The notes below the pieces were generated by a model. That model did not search any database. It saw only the letters and a program-made list of their open reading frames with translations, and had not been told where the DNA came from. A stretch of DNA of 64,000 bases from Eledone cirrhosa (taxonomy: Eukaryota): contig OZ024741.1 in NCBI GenBank assembly GCA_964016885.1, positions 128,836,001 to 128,900,000 on the forward strand, read 5' to 3'. The stretch's first letter is position 1; each line of letters opens with the position of its first letter. The translations under genes were made by a program, and so were the position numbers. Positions 24,501-36,997 of this stretch are shown piece by piece.

Positions 24501-26024
24501 TATGTGTGTATTATTGAGCTACTACAACTACAGCCTTGCTACAATTAACCCAATGGTAATAAACAAAAATTTAACCATACAGTCTCCAAGATGTCCTCGA
24601 ACTCAGCAAATTGTAAATAGCTATAAATATGAAATATATATATATATATATATAATATTAATAAATTAAAAAAGAAATAAAAACACTTCTATAAATTTCA
24701 TTGAGTCTTGTTTTTTCTTCTTCTTTGCCCATTTATTCCTGAGAGGGTCGTGGGGAAGAGTCCTCAAACACTCCTTCCAGCGAGTCCTGTCAGAAGCAAC
24801 CATCTCCAACTGATCTAGCTGGATCCCCAAGCGAGACAAGGCAACCTCATAGATTTTATCCAACCATCTTGCTTGGGGTCTATTCCTGGGTTTCCTGCTG
24901 GTTGGTTTTACCCATAAAATCTGTCCAGTGATTCTTTCCTGAGACATTCTAACTACATTCCTATAGTATCAGAGCTGTAATCTCTCAATTCGGAGAAGTA
25001 GCAGCTCTACCTAGAGTGACTCTCTGATCTCTGAGCTACGTACTTTATCAAGTCTTTTGGTCATTATTCAATTGATCTTTTTTTTTCCTTATTTTATTGT
25101 GTATGGGTGTGTGTAAGAAAGCGCACATTATTTGCAAGATATAAGCACACACACACACATTGTAGTATGTTAAAAAGAAATCATTATTTATAACATTCTG
25201 AGTTCAAATCCCACCGAGATTAGCGTTGCCTTTCATCCTTACAGGGTCAATAAAATAATGTACCAGTCACGCACTGGGGTCGATTTAATCAACTTTCCGC
25301 TCCTCCAAAATTGCTGGCTTTGTGACTATATAAGAAACCATTATTAAGGAAAGGGCGATGGATTGGCAGTATTGGTAGAGCATCGGACACCATGCTTCGC
25401 GACATAGTTACGGCCCTTTACGTTCTGAGTTCAAATCCCGCCATGGTTAGCTTTGCCTTTCATCCTTTCGGGGTCGATAAAATAAAGCACCAATGGGTAC
25501 TGGGGTCGATTTAATCAACTGTCCCCTCCCCTTCAAATTGTTGGCCGTATGCATAAATCAGAAACCATCTTTATTAACAAAGGAAACAGTTGTTTAATCC
25601 CAGACCAGCCTTGATCTAACAAGCCTAAGTTCAATGATGTTCCTACCGTGACAGTCTAGTTTTATTATCTTTTTAATATTTAGGCCGTTAATCGTGAAAG
25701 ATTGTGCTGCTATTTCTAGCAACGCGAAATGTTGTCCTTTGGTGCACATCGAGTAACAGAATTAGTAGTAGGCATTACAAGATACATTGTAGTATTAAAT
25801 TTAGTTGCCCACATATTACCTGACTGCCGTGCTATAAGGTTTTTGATGTTTATGTGTTCCGTGAAGATTTTTCTCGTGATTTTTCTGTGGCATCTCATTT
25901 CGGTCATGTGACAAGGTCTAATGGATTGGCCAAGACCCTCCAAGAAACAGTTCAGTGATAGGGGAAATGCACGCCCCCCCCCCCCCCCCCCCCCCCACAC
26001 ACACACAAAAAAAAACAATAGACG

Positions 26025-26175
26025 GCTAACATCAAAGGCTGGGCCGGTAAAGACTTCGCAACAACGAAAGTTCTAGCCCGGCTAGGAATAGAAATGGATG
26101 GAGAGCGATGGTACACTTCTCCACCCTCCAGTGTCACCACGACCTCCTAAACGGTCAAGGTAAAAAGAAATAAGA
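26025..26175 (+). mobile_element. LINE extreme 3' fragment
   Basis: NIKGWAGKDFATTKVLA..RNRNGWRAMV, typical RTE-like C-terminus. Confidence 0.55.
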
Positions 26176-26588
26176 GAAATATTAAGTTATGCCTCTTTAT
26201 AGATTTTTTTTTACTAGTGACAGAGTTATGTCCCCGAAGTTTGTTAAAACTAACCAAAAAATTTTGTTTATAGTTTAAAGTTAGGTTTTATAAATTCCTT
26301 AAATACCTTTTACGAAAGGAAATGAGCAATTGTAATAAATCCTTTTTTCATGAGTTGACGTTAATTTCCATCCTTCTAGGGTTGATAAAATATGTATGGA
26401 CTTGTAACTACTGATGGAGTCATAGAAGTGCTGTAGTGGCTTGAGCATTTTAAACTCAGAGTAGCCCATCCCCTCTCTAGGTATGAACACACCTAATTTC
26501 TTCCAGAGAGTAATAGAGAGGAAGTGAGAAAGATGTAAAATCGACTCCCAGTACTGGACAGGAATTTTTTTTTATTGGTGGTAGGTAG

Positions 26589-26619
<31 letters not shown>

Positions 26620-26949
26620 AGTGGTAGGTAGTAGTGCTGGTACAATGATGACAAAAGCACCCAGTTAGGTGGTAGTAGTGCTGGTGCAATGACAAAAGCA
26701 CCCAATCCACCCTGTTAGGTGGTAGTGCTGGTGATATGACAAAAGCATCCAGTCTACTTATTAAGATGGTTGGCATTGTAGAAAACCAAGCCAAAAACGA
26801 ATTCTATAGACAAGATACAGTTACCAGACCTGTCTAACCTCATGTTACAGCCTGTATCATGCATGCAAGCATTGAAAATAGACATTATATGGTGCTGATT
26901 ATGTGTGTGTGTGACATTCTAGATATCCTGTACATGTTCTTAAATAGAT

Positions 26950-27540
26950 TTATTACAGGTTTATTCTATATAACCACCATTAGCATCAACGACTGCTTCA
27001 ATGGCTCATACATTATCTACAGAAGATTTTTGGTATTGTGAGGATGTTTTTAGTCTCTTTTTCAACAATGTTCTACATATAGTAGTCCAGAAGATTTAAA
27101 TTTAGCAAAGTTAGAGGTCACATGCTGGGTGACACATGATTCTGATTGTTTTCCATCTATTACTAGGTCACCTGAGCTTTGTGAAGTTTAAAATTCTGCT
27201 CAAACATTTCTTTCTATCTTAACAATTGTTTCCAGCACCTCAATATAGCCAGCAACTTTAACCCTAAGACCCTGTGAAAAGAAGTTGGGTGGCATGATGT
27301 ATCCTTTGTCACTCACTACTCATAAAAACCATCAGAGTTGCTGAAAATTTGGTGTGCATAACCCTGGGGACATCAAAAGATCTGCATATAACCACCTGTC
27401 ATTTCTCCTATTAAATTTATTTATTCTGGTTGAAGTTTTCCTTATCAGAGAAAAGCCAGACCACATCATGTTCTTCAGGATTGTCAACCTTATTAAGTAA
27501 CCGCTTTGCACAGATCAGCTGATTTCTTCTTCTATACATC
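26950..27540 (-). pseudogene. Decayed Tc1/mariner-superfamily transposase (DDD/maT-like)
   Basis: Minus-strand fragments: KRLLNKV..VWLFSDKENF, NDRW, PRVMHTKFSATLMVF, IMPPNFFSQGLRV..YIEVLET, LNLLDYY, AIEAVVDANGGYIE*. Confidence 0.8.
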
Positions 27541-27544
27541 TGTC

Positions 27545-27775
27545 ACCAGTGCGATGTTGAAGTTACTCCTTCAGCATTGCCATCTGAATTTCCCCTGCTT
27601 CCAACCCAGTGTCATCTTCAAAAACATCCTTCAGCATGATTGCTGGTCTCCCAACTTATCAACACACATCAGCTTTCCAGAAATGAACTCTGCCAGCAGA
27701 TTCATTGTGATATTTCACATGTCTAGCTAGTGTAATCCTCCTATGCCTTGTGTCAGAAAGGCGTGAGTGTAAACT
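27545..27775 (-). mobile_element. LINE 3' fragment
   Basis: LSDTRHRRITLARHVKYHNESAGRVHFW..GRPAIMLKDVFEDDTGL..IQMAML. Confidence 0.6.
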
Positions 27776-28068
27776 GTAAAGCAATTTATTTGTTACGTGT
27801 TTTCCAGGATATGTTCTGGACCTTTCTCAGCATTTGCATAAAAATTCAACAGCTGATTTACTCGGCCTGAATTCTCTCACCTCTTTCTGTTCAAACTGGC
27901 TGCAACCAACCACTCATACTGATGTTAAAGTATTGTTCTCAAAATAAATATCAAAATCTCATATACTCAATATTATGTGAGGTAAAGCCTTTACCATGAA
28001 AATACAATAGTAAATATAGAGTAGCGTAAATGCTAATGGGTTAAACGATGAAGATACATTTATTTATC

Positions 28069-28200
28069 TACAGGGTGTCCCCCCAAAAAATGTACTCACA
28101 TTTTGACTCCCCATAACTCACTGAATTGTTTCCAACTCCATAAACAAAGCATTTTTTATTATTTAAAAAGTTTGTATATTTTTGGGCAAAACACCCTGTA
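28069..28200. mobile_element. Tc1/mariner-type MITE; a similar one at 32764-32889
   Basis: TA|CAGGGTGT...ACACCCTG|TA; second copy TA|CAGGGTGTCTATA...TATAGACATCCTG|TA. Confidence 0.7.
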
Positions 28201-29019
28201 TTTGAAATCATTTTCAAATCTAGAGGTTCATCAGGCCAGAACTTATTCCACTTTCAAGTGGCATTAATTGACTGAAAGTAGATTCCCTCTTGGCTTCAGT
28301 GCTACTCCATTGCAAGGACAACCCTCAGCTGCTGTTGTTGGTGGTATATATTTTCAGCTGAGTGGAATGGAGCAAATTGGAATGAAGATTCTTGCTCAAA
28401 GAGACAACATGGATCAACTAACAACCTAAAAATTAAAAAAAAATTAATTTCTAGCAGGTCAATCAAAGATATCACACCCTGATTTCTCTCAGTATGATGG
28501 CAACACGGCAAAAAGCACCCAGCCCACACTGTATAGTGGTCGTGTAGCCAAAAATCGGTTCTGTATGAGTATGACATAGCCACCTGATCTAACATTGCTC
28601 ACAACAGGATAACTTGTCTAACCCATGCCAGCATGGAAAAATGGACGTTAAATGGTGATGATGATACAAACCTTAGTGGAGTCAGTTGCCAGGAAAAATG
28701 AAAAATTGTGAACTGTGAAGAGACTTTGTCAGGAATATTCAACTGTCATTGCAATGATGATGAATTAGTCTTCTGAGTGACATTGGCTCAATTTGTTCTC
28801 AATATATAGACTAACTGGATAATACTAAAGCCATAGGTATTTTATTGGTTGTGGAAATATATCAACAATTAATTAAAGAATGTTAATTACTAATACAACA
28901 ACAATGTTACTATCATAATAAGTAATTATAACATAAGTCACATTAACTGAATTCTATATCTCTACATTGATGTAAAGCTTCATATTGGAGTTCACAAAAA
29001 TTCCTTTACACTGGCATAA

Positions 29020-29690
29020 TGGAAAGATGTAGTAGTGGTGGTGATAGTAGCTGTAGTAGTGATGGTGATAGTTGTAGTAGTGATGGTGGTAGTAATTGTA
29101 GTAGAAGTAGTAGTGGTATTAGTTGTAGTAGTGATGGTGATAGTTGTAGTAGTGATGGTGATAGTTGTAGTAGAGATGGTGGTAGTAATTGTAGTAGAAG
29201 TAGTAGTGGTATTAGTTGTAGTAGTGATGGTGATAGTAGCTGTAGTAGTGATGGTGGTAGTGATTGTAGTAGTAATGGTGGTAGTGATTGTAGTTGTAGT
29301 AGTAGTAGTGGTATTAGTTGTAGTAGTGATGGTGATAGTTGTAGTAGAGATGGTGGTAGTAATTGTAGTAGTGATGGTGGTAGTGATTGTAGTAGAAGTA
29401 GTAGTGGTATTAGTTGTAGTAGTGATGGTGAGAGTTGTAGTAGTGATGGTGATAGTTGTAGTGGTAGTGGTGATAGTTGTAGTGGTAGTGGTGATAGTAA
29501 TTGTAGTAGTGATGGTGGTAATGATTGTAGTAGTGATGGTGGTAATGATTGTAGTAGTGATGGTGGTGGTATAGTAGTTGTATTAGTTATGGTGGTGGTA
29601 GTAGTAGTGATTGTGTTAGTAGTAGGGGTATTAGTAGTAGTGATAGTAGCAGTAGTAATTGTGTTAGTAGTATTGGTGGTGTTGGTAATA
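29020..29690. repeat. Compound (GTA/GTG/GAT)n trinucleotide satellite with higher-order 21-24-bp units
   Basis: gttgtagtagtgatggtgata-type units; stop-free frames give spurious ORFs. Confidence 0.85.
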
Positions 29691-30019
29691 ATTGTTTCTA
29701 TGTTAGGCACAAGGCCAGCAATTACCCAGTGCATTACTGGTACTTTATTTTATCGACCCCGTAAGGATGAAAGGCAAAGTCAACCTTGGCGGGATTTGAA
29801 CTCAGATTGTAAAGGGACGTAACTATGCTGGAAAGCATGGCGTCCGACCCTCTTGGTAATGCCAATCCACCGCCGTCACCGGTGTTGGTAATAATAATAT
29901 TTGATAAAGTAGTGGTGGGTGAAGCAATGTTAAACCAAACCTCAGTGTATGACTGTTTAACTATTTTAAATCAACATTTCATATAAAATCGAAGTCGACT
30001 CTGGTGAAATTTGAAGGAA

Positions 30020-30290
30020 ATACACCCCATCAGACAACCATTAAAATATCTACACCCCACCACACAACCATTGGAATATATACACACCACAACACAACCA
30101 TTAAAATATATACACCTCACCAGACAACCATTAAAATATATACACCCCACCACATAACCATTAAAATATATATAATATATACCCCACAACACCATTAAAA
30201 TATATATAATCCACCCCCCACCAGACAGCCATTAAAATATAGACACCCCACCAGACAACCATTAAAATATATATACCCCACCACATAACT
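30020..30290 (+). repeat. ~30-bp minisatellite (about 9 copies)
   Basis: accccaccagacaaccattaaaatatatac units. Confidence 0.85.
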
Positions 30291-31094
30291 GTTTCAATGT
30301 CCTGCTGTAGGAAATATTGCCAACAAAGACGTTAGTTTCTAATGTTAATAAAATTAGTTTATTTCAAGTTCTGACCATATTTGGCATTAGTGCAATGTTA
30401 TTAAATCTATTTTGTGACACCAACTCTGTTAACCCTTTAGTATTTAAAGCCATGCTTTCAAGCATAGTTACGTCCCTTTACGATCCGAGTTCAAATCCCG
30501 CCAAGGTTGACTTTGCCTTTCATCCTTACGGGGTCGATAAAATAAAGTACCAGTAATGCACTGGGTAATTGCTGGCCTTGTGCCTAAAGTAAAAACAAGT
30601 ATTTAAACCAGCCATATCTGGCCAGAATTCTCTCATTAAACAAGTTAAATATTTATACAAGGTTTTCTTTTCCTGTAGCATGTATACATTTTTTTAGGCT
30701 GACTGTATGTATGTATATCATACCTATATATATATTGACAGTATCAGTAGAGCATCAGACACTATGCTTTGCGGCATAGAGTTATGGCCCTTTACGTTCT
30801 GGGTTCAAATCTCGCCAAGGTTAAATTTGACTTTCATCTTTATGGGGGTCGATAAAATAAAGCACCAGTAATGCTGTTTTTGGTAATGCTAATTTTAATG
30901 GTGTGGTGGGTTGATTGAATCAACTTTCCCCTCCTCTTCAAATTTCTGGCCTTGTGCCTAGAATAGAAACAATTATTATTATTATAGAAAGAACTTCTAT
31001 ATGACTAGACCTGTTTCATTCATAAGAAATTGAGTACCTTTTTTAACTGTGGCCACCTCTATATATACATTAGGAATCCACCTATTTGTATAAT

Positions 31095-31210
31095 AGATAG
31101 TGTTTTCCCTATTATAAGACCTAATTAAAAAAAATAAGCCCTAGCATCATTATTAGGTTGTTCTCCACCCCTAAAATAAGCCCTAGTTTATTTTTACCAA
31201 CCAAGGCTTA
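31095..31210 (+). mobile_element. pogo/Tigger-like DNA transposon terminus
   Basis: gtgttttccctattataagacc...aaaataagccctag (twice), a subterminal pattern of pogo-like elements. Confidence 0.45.
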
Positions 31211-31467
31211 AGGTCAACACTAACAGAGAACGAAAGAAAACTACGGGCAAAAATGTGAACTTTTCTCCCTCAATATGTATGTAAAAACGAAATTTTTTTC
31301 TCCATATTCTTATTAATATGCAATTTAACTGCATTATACACTTCCGTCGTTGAAAAAGCATGTAATCTGAAACCGGTACAATTAAATGCCGGAATTCCTA
31401 TTTTGATGTTATTCGGAGAGAAAATCCCTTTAACATTTTCTACTGTGTTTTTTTTTTCCCTATTTTT

Positions 31468-31512
<45 letters not shown>

Positions 31513-33670
31513 AATAAGTTTGGTAGAAATATCCAAGTGTAAGAGTTCTCAGTCCATAGGACTGGGGTGTATAACCAAACGAAACTTAAGTACCTGTATA
31601 TGTCACTGTTGTATTATATATATATATATTTATATATATACACACACACCATTTATGCTATGTGGTTTACCAATGGGTAGAACTGGTTAGTAAACCATAA
31701 GGTAATAGTAAGAAAAGTACTATGTTAAGCAACTCATCCATCGTAGATGTTGAAACCAGTGGCAGGTACAAGAACTTGGCCATTGAAATATGTATAGTGT
31801 TTTTGGCAACAAAACTTTGAAAGGATATTTTTAGTCCGACCTTCCGTTAAATATATATGTATATATATGTATATATATGTATGTGTGTGTTTGCTGTTCA
31901 GTCAAGAGATAGGAAGGACAGTACACCCACTAACTCTTTTTGGGGTGTTCCGTGCAAGTAACGTGGTGGTGGTGGTGGTGGTGGTGGGGGGGGGGTCACT
32001 AACTGCGATATGACGTATTTTTGTGGAGGGAGCGCAGTAGACGGCAAACTCAAGGGCTGCTCCGAGCAGAACACACTTTAGTTATACTACTGCCGCCGTC
32101 ACTGGTGAGGAGGAAAGTTTCCTAAAACAGGAGAGACGTCCCAAATGATTTGCAACACAGCGTACTTCATTATAGGCGAAGGGCGAAGTGTTAAACCGGG
32201 GGAGGGGGGGGGGGCGTATATCTTTACCAGTTACAATACAAAATAATCTCCACTCTCCCACCACAAATAAATTCACTTATTGCTGAAGAAAACGTATTCG
32301 TTGGTATATCATTGCTCTCACTGTAGTGACCTTTAACCTCTATGAACCACATATTTAAAATATTCCAACACAGCTATTCAACTGTCCTAGTAAAGAAATA
32401 TATGAACAGTAAATACGACTGCCATGTTTATAAACAAAAAATTACTTTGATGTGCTCTGAAAAAAAAAACCCAGGTCGCGTGTGTTTATCCAAAACCCAC
32501 AATATATATTTCAAGATATTTTTTTCATTTAGCTACAGAGCTTGTTTCTCTTTTACTTTTCTTTGGAAAACGAAAACGTTGGTAAAATACTCAATAACTT
32601 CTGTGTATATTAATGGGAAGTCGAAACAAGCGAAATTTGAACACAGGACGTAGAAAGATAAAATTACAACAAAAAAAAAAAAAAAAAAAAAAAAATTATC
32701 ATTACTATTTCTCTATTGTTAGCCGGGACACACACACATCTGTTAAACCGTAAATTGATTTTATACAGGGTGTCTATAAATACCTTTACAAATTATAAAG
32801 ACAATGAATATATATGTATGTGTTTATGTAAATGTAGTGTCCATAAATGGTCTTTACAACTTGTAAAGATAATCTATAGACATCCTGTATAAGTGTATGT
32901 CCTGAGTACACAGGATACACAAGCATTAATAAAGAAGTTGTTGGACCTCTGTCGTTTCCGACGATGAGTGCTCCAGTTAAGTCAATGAGCGGAACTACCT
33001 GCTCGTGAAATTAACAAGTGGCTGAGCATTCCATAGGCATGTGTACTCATAATGTAATTCTCTGTAAGATTCAGCGCGACAGTGTGACAAGGCTGGTCCC
33101 TTGAATTACAGACACAATCCATTTTTGCCAGCTCAGTGGACTGAAGGAGCGTGAAATAAGGCGTTTTGCTTACGGATACAACACGCCGTTGGAAATCAAA
33201 CTCGCAATCTTACAATCATTAGGCCAGCACCCTAACCATTAAACCGCACACCTTCACACACATACATATATAAAATAGGTGCGAAATAGCCCTGGAATAT
33301 GTTGAAATATACTGAGTTTTGTTTTATTTGTCAACTTTATATATAGTGTGTGCGTGTGTGGAAGTATTTTTCTATTTCATGTTTTTAGACAGGTAAATAT
33401 AAATAATAAAATCAACACAAAGATGAAATAATGTTAGGGAGCTGGAACAGCTACCTTGAATTTTTTAACAGAGTTAATCGATGAACAAATTATTTGGAGA
33501 ACAAGGGTTTAAGGTTTTAAACAGTTACATTCATTTACAGTAAGAAACATACATAATCCATCCGTGGGATTGTCGTGGTTGGTAACTTGCCGGCAGAATT
33601 ATATAAACATAAGTCACTCTTACGACCACACCATATCATTTGTAGTATTTTCGACCAATCCTTTATTACA

Positions 33671-33816
33671 TAACGTAGATACTCGTGTATAAGTCGCACC
33701 AGTAGATAGGTCACGATGCCACAAATATTTTGAATGAAGGTTCTGTAGGTCCAGTAGGTGAGGTTTTTCACGTTCTCGTCGAAGAAAGTGCGACTTAGAC
33801 AGGAATACATACGGCA
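33671..33816. mobile_element. pogo-like MITE downstream of VMA21
   Basis: TIRs CGTAGATACTCGTGTATAAGTCGCAC / GTGCGACTTAGACAGGAATACATACG. Confidence 0.75.
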
Positions 33817-33904
33817 TTTTTTGATTTTTCTTTTTTTTTTTTTTTTTTACTGTTCAATGTGTCGATTTTTATTTTATATTTTTTAAAGACTTTTATTTTT
33901 AGGT

Positions 33905-34198
33905 TTAGTCCCGTTTGAAAGTATAAACAGTTTTTGCTCCCTCTTTCCACGCTGAATATACAAACATAGCCAGAATAATGTGAACGGTGAAGATGGAGAC
34001 GATGGCTGCGTAGAAATAGGAATCGCTGTTAGACATTTTAAAAACGTTCTCAAAAATTAGCCATTTGCTGAGGAAATAGCTGAGAATGGGCAGCGTAAGC
34101 ATTGCCGTGCTGAAAAACATCATAGTTTTAATAACAGTCCCTGAATCACTGTCATCGTCTTCACGTACACCCTGAAGGCCAGAATCGGGAGGAAACAT
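33905..34198 (-). CDS. VMA21: Vacuolar ATPase assembly integral membrane protein VMA21 (97 aa, single coding exon)
   Basis: Two TM helices with the VMA21 pattern (TMMFFSTAMLTLPILSYFLSK...YFYAAIVSIFTVHIILAMFVYSAWKEG) and a C-terminal KRD ER-retrieval-like end. Confidence 0.92.
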   Translation of the reverse strand: MFPPDSGLQGVREDDDSDSGTVIKTMMFFSTAMLTLPILSYFLSKWLIFENVFKMSNSDSYFYAAIVSIFTVHIILAMFVYSAWKEGAKTVYTFKRD

Positions 34199-35502
34199 CG
34201 TCGTTTTAAAATAGACCAGAATATCTACGTACCTGCCTATATATTATAGTATATATCTGTTGTAGTCATGAAATATAATCTGTTCTAATATAGTTATATG
34301 TGTGGTGACGGCACAAATGGTGGGAATCTTTGCTGTATTTACGTTAGCTTTATAAGTAGAAATAATGAGTTTTATCATTTCATTCGCTAGAGAGTTCGTA
34401 TAACTAGAAGACAAAAGAAGATCGAACATATCCAAGAACAATAACTCGATTACGTTTCTTTAGTATTTGAGTAACAGTAGCTTCCCTTGACGAGGTTGGT
34501 TTGTTTTTCACACTATGAAAAGAATTTTAAGGAGCCGAGTGTTGGGGATGCATGAACGAATAATTAAGGTTTTGAAGGCGAGTGTTCCAGTTGTTTGATC
34601 AACAGAACAACTGGCTCCTGATATTAATGTCAAAGCGGTTGACCATTCCACTAACATATGTACCATTAATTTAATTCACAGGGAGATCTAGCATATGTCA
34701 AGCCTGCCCTTTTGAATTACAGGCATAATTCATTTTTGCCAGCTTAGTGGACTGAAGAAACATAAAATAAAGTATCTTGCTCAAGGACACAACGCGCTAC
34801 TGGGAATCAAACCACCAATCTTACAATCGTGAGCCTAGCACCCTAATCACTAAGTCTTCACACACATGTATATATTTAAAATAATTGTTTATATACAGGG
34901 TCAGCTATTTGAAGTGAAGGGGAAAGTCGATTAAATTTACCCTAGTGTATTACAGGTACTTTATTTTATTGACCCTGTAAAGATGAAAGGTAAGGCTAAC
35001 CTCAACAGAATTTGAAATCAGAATGTAAAGATCCATAACTATATGCTGCAAAGTCTGTTGCTCTGCCGATACTGCTGATCAACTGCTATATATATAAAAA
35101 TAATATTAATAATAAAAAGCAGGAATGAAGTATCAATATAATATCCTTATGTTTATTCATGTGCGTTTCGCAATCAATCAGCTCAAAGTATGATTGGTAG
35201 TCATCTGGCCCAACTCTAATTGAAAGCTCATCAGACTTGTGTCACTGCTCAAAAGATAGGAAATATATTTTTACACCTTTATATATTCTGGTACATATGG
35301 TTTGGTTATGTGTATACGGGAGTTTTGCGTCTGTGTGAGTATGCAGGTTCGTACGTATGTAGGGTGTGTGTATATGTGTACTTCATGTTTTGGTTGACTT
35401 ACGTCTCCGAACATTTGTGTATTTACATGTAGGTATGTGTGTGCGCTTGTTATATACGTATTTATTTATTTATATACGTTTATTTAATTATTTATTTATT
35501 TG

Positions 35503-35537
<35 letters not shown>

Positions 35538-35710
35538 TTATATGTGCGTGGTTTTGTATACCTATGGTAAGTGTTTTCGCGTATGCTTGTGTATGTACGT
35601 ATTTGTATGCGTGTATGTATTTATTTAATTTCTATTACCTCTGTATTGTATTTATTTACTTTATTCTTAACTCTGAAGCGGAGATTCATTCGGTCTCCTA
35701 GATAGAATTT

Positions 35711-35975
35711 TAGTCTACGACTTCTGCTATACCATTTACGTGGTTTTATCTTTGCGTGCAATTGTTCTCCACAGCCCACATATGACGTATTATCTTCGTT
35801 TTTTTCGTTCATTGCAAGAGAACGTCTCTATGAACCACCTAAGAGAACATTGGTCTACGACCTCTTTTATACCATAAACGTGGTTCTGTCTTTGCGCGTA
35901 ATTGTTTTTCACTATTAATGACGTATTATATTCGTTTTTTCCCGTTCTTTGCCAGGGAACGTTACCACGAACCGA
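35711..35975 (+). repeat. 140-bp tandem duplication
   Basis: gtctacgac.tct..tatacca...acgtggtt.t.tctttgcg.g.aattgtt...atgacgtattat.ttcgtttttt at ~35713 and ~35853. Confidence 0.75.
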
Positions 35976-36119
35976 AGTATCGTCTTCCTGTCATCTTCCG
36001 GTTGCAACGTTTTTTGAAATATCCACTTCTGCGTTTACAGATTGACTTTGTTAGTTTCAGAAGATCCCGTTAAGGGTGAAAGCAGCGATTCTTTGCTTAA
36101 ACTTTAATCTGTTATTTTA

Positions 36120-36155
<36 letters not shown>

Positions 36156-36163
<8 letters not shown>

Positions 36164-36777
36164 ATACTTTGGGAGGGTCATGTTGCTAATAAGAAACACA
36201 CGCACCAGTTGTTTCACTTCAATTTATTATAATAAATTTATAAATTTAGGAATTTATAAATTTCTGGTATTGGTTGGTTCTACAACCAGATAGTTGTTTA
36301 TATATCGTCAAAGTTCTTTCGTCACACATTCTGTGACCTCTTCAGTGACTGGGGATTCTTTTCTTTGTTTTTTTTTTTGTTTTTTTTTTTGTTTTTTTTT
36401 TGTGTCTCTCCTTTGTTCTCCGGATGTGGCGCATGCGCAGACTGAGCACACAACACACACATAGAAACAAAATGGCGTAGGACAGAACAAAGGAGAGGCA
36501 CAAAAAACAAAAACAAAAAAAAAACAAAAAGAATCCCCAGTCACTGAATGTGTGACGAAAGAACTTTGACGATATATAAACAACTATCTGGTTGTGGAAC
36601 CAACCAACCAACCAGAAATTTATAAATTCCTAAATTTATAAATTTATTATAATAAATTGAAGTGAAACAACTGGTGCGTGTGTTTCCTTTTGGCAACATG
36701 ACCCTCCCAAAGTATAACAATATCGGTTTCAACACACGATTTCAGATAAAGAATCTTGCTAAACAAATTCAGAAACG

Positions 36778-36780
<3 letters not shown>
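36156..36780. mobile_element. Foldback non-autonomous Penelope-type element with ~250-bp inverted arms, inserted in (TA)n
   Basis: Arm 36156-36419 is complementary to arm 36484-36723; carries a hammerhead; related pieces at ~2012-2036, 14665-14890 and 41111-41162. Confidence 0.8.
36307..36349 (-). ncRNA. Minimal type I hammerhead ribozyme (left arm of the foldback)
   Basis: Reverse complement: GTCA-CTGAAGA-G-GTCAC agaatgt GTGAC-GAAA-G aa C-TT-TGAC. Confidence 0.7.
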
Positions 36781-36814
<34 letters not shown>

Positions 36815-36919
36815 GTAAGTATTGAAGTTTCCGTTGAAAATTGAAAAAGTCATAGGAGTGAAGAGTGCTCTATGTAAGTACCAGAGCAAAATTTAATGTA
36901 TAATAAACAATACAATATA

Positions 36920-36997
36920 ATTACCTCATTACCAGAGGTTTCCCGAATAAGACAAATACGAAAAAAACGTCCACATTCGTTCGTCGGACAAGGTAAT
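36920..36997 (-). ncRNA. Hammerhead motif downstream of the Penelope ORF (U4 to C core variant)
   Basis: Reverse complement: ATTACCTTGT-CCGACGA-aCGAAT...ATTCGg-GAAA-CC tct GG-TA-ATGAGGTAAT; 10-bp stem I, GUA site. Confidence 0.55.

Noticed and set aside
29006-29822. Long ORFs of 242, 267 and 179 aa (Ser/Cys/Gly-, Leu/Gln- or Val-rich)
   Set aside because: They are stop-free frames of a trinucleotide satellite running into a SINE, with no gene context.
30020-30290. CRISPR-like regular ~30-bp repeats (also 5040-5260 and 41760-42005)
   Set aside because: Contiguous tandem units without unique spacers, no cas genes, eukaryotic context.
31270-31536. 88-aa minus-strand ORF
   Set aside because: Starts in a (TA)n tract and overlaps TE-derived sequence containing a decayed hammerhead.
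33535-33817. 91-aa and 65-aa minus-strand ORFs with a donor-like end
   Set aside because: They overlap a pogo-like MITE whose TIRs explain the sequence; no recognisable protein and no partner exons found.
36055-36100. CAGAAGA-TCCC..GGGT-GAAA motif (similar weak cases at ~54140-54206 and ~58320-58430)
   Set aside because: Several core or cleavage-site substitutions; at best dead relics, so not counted as ribozymes.
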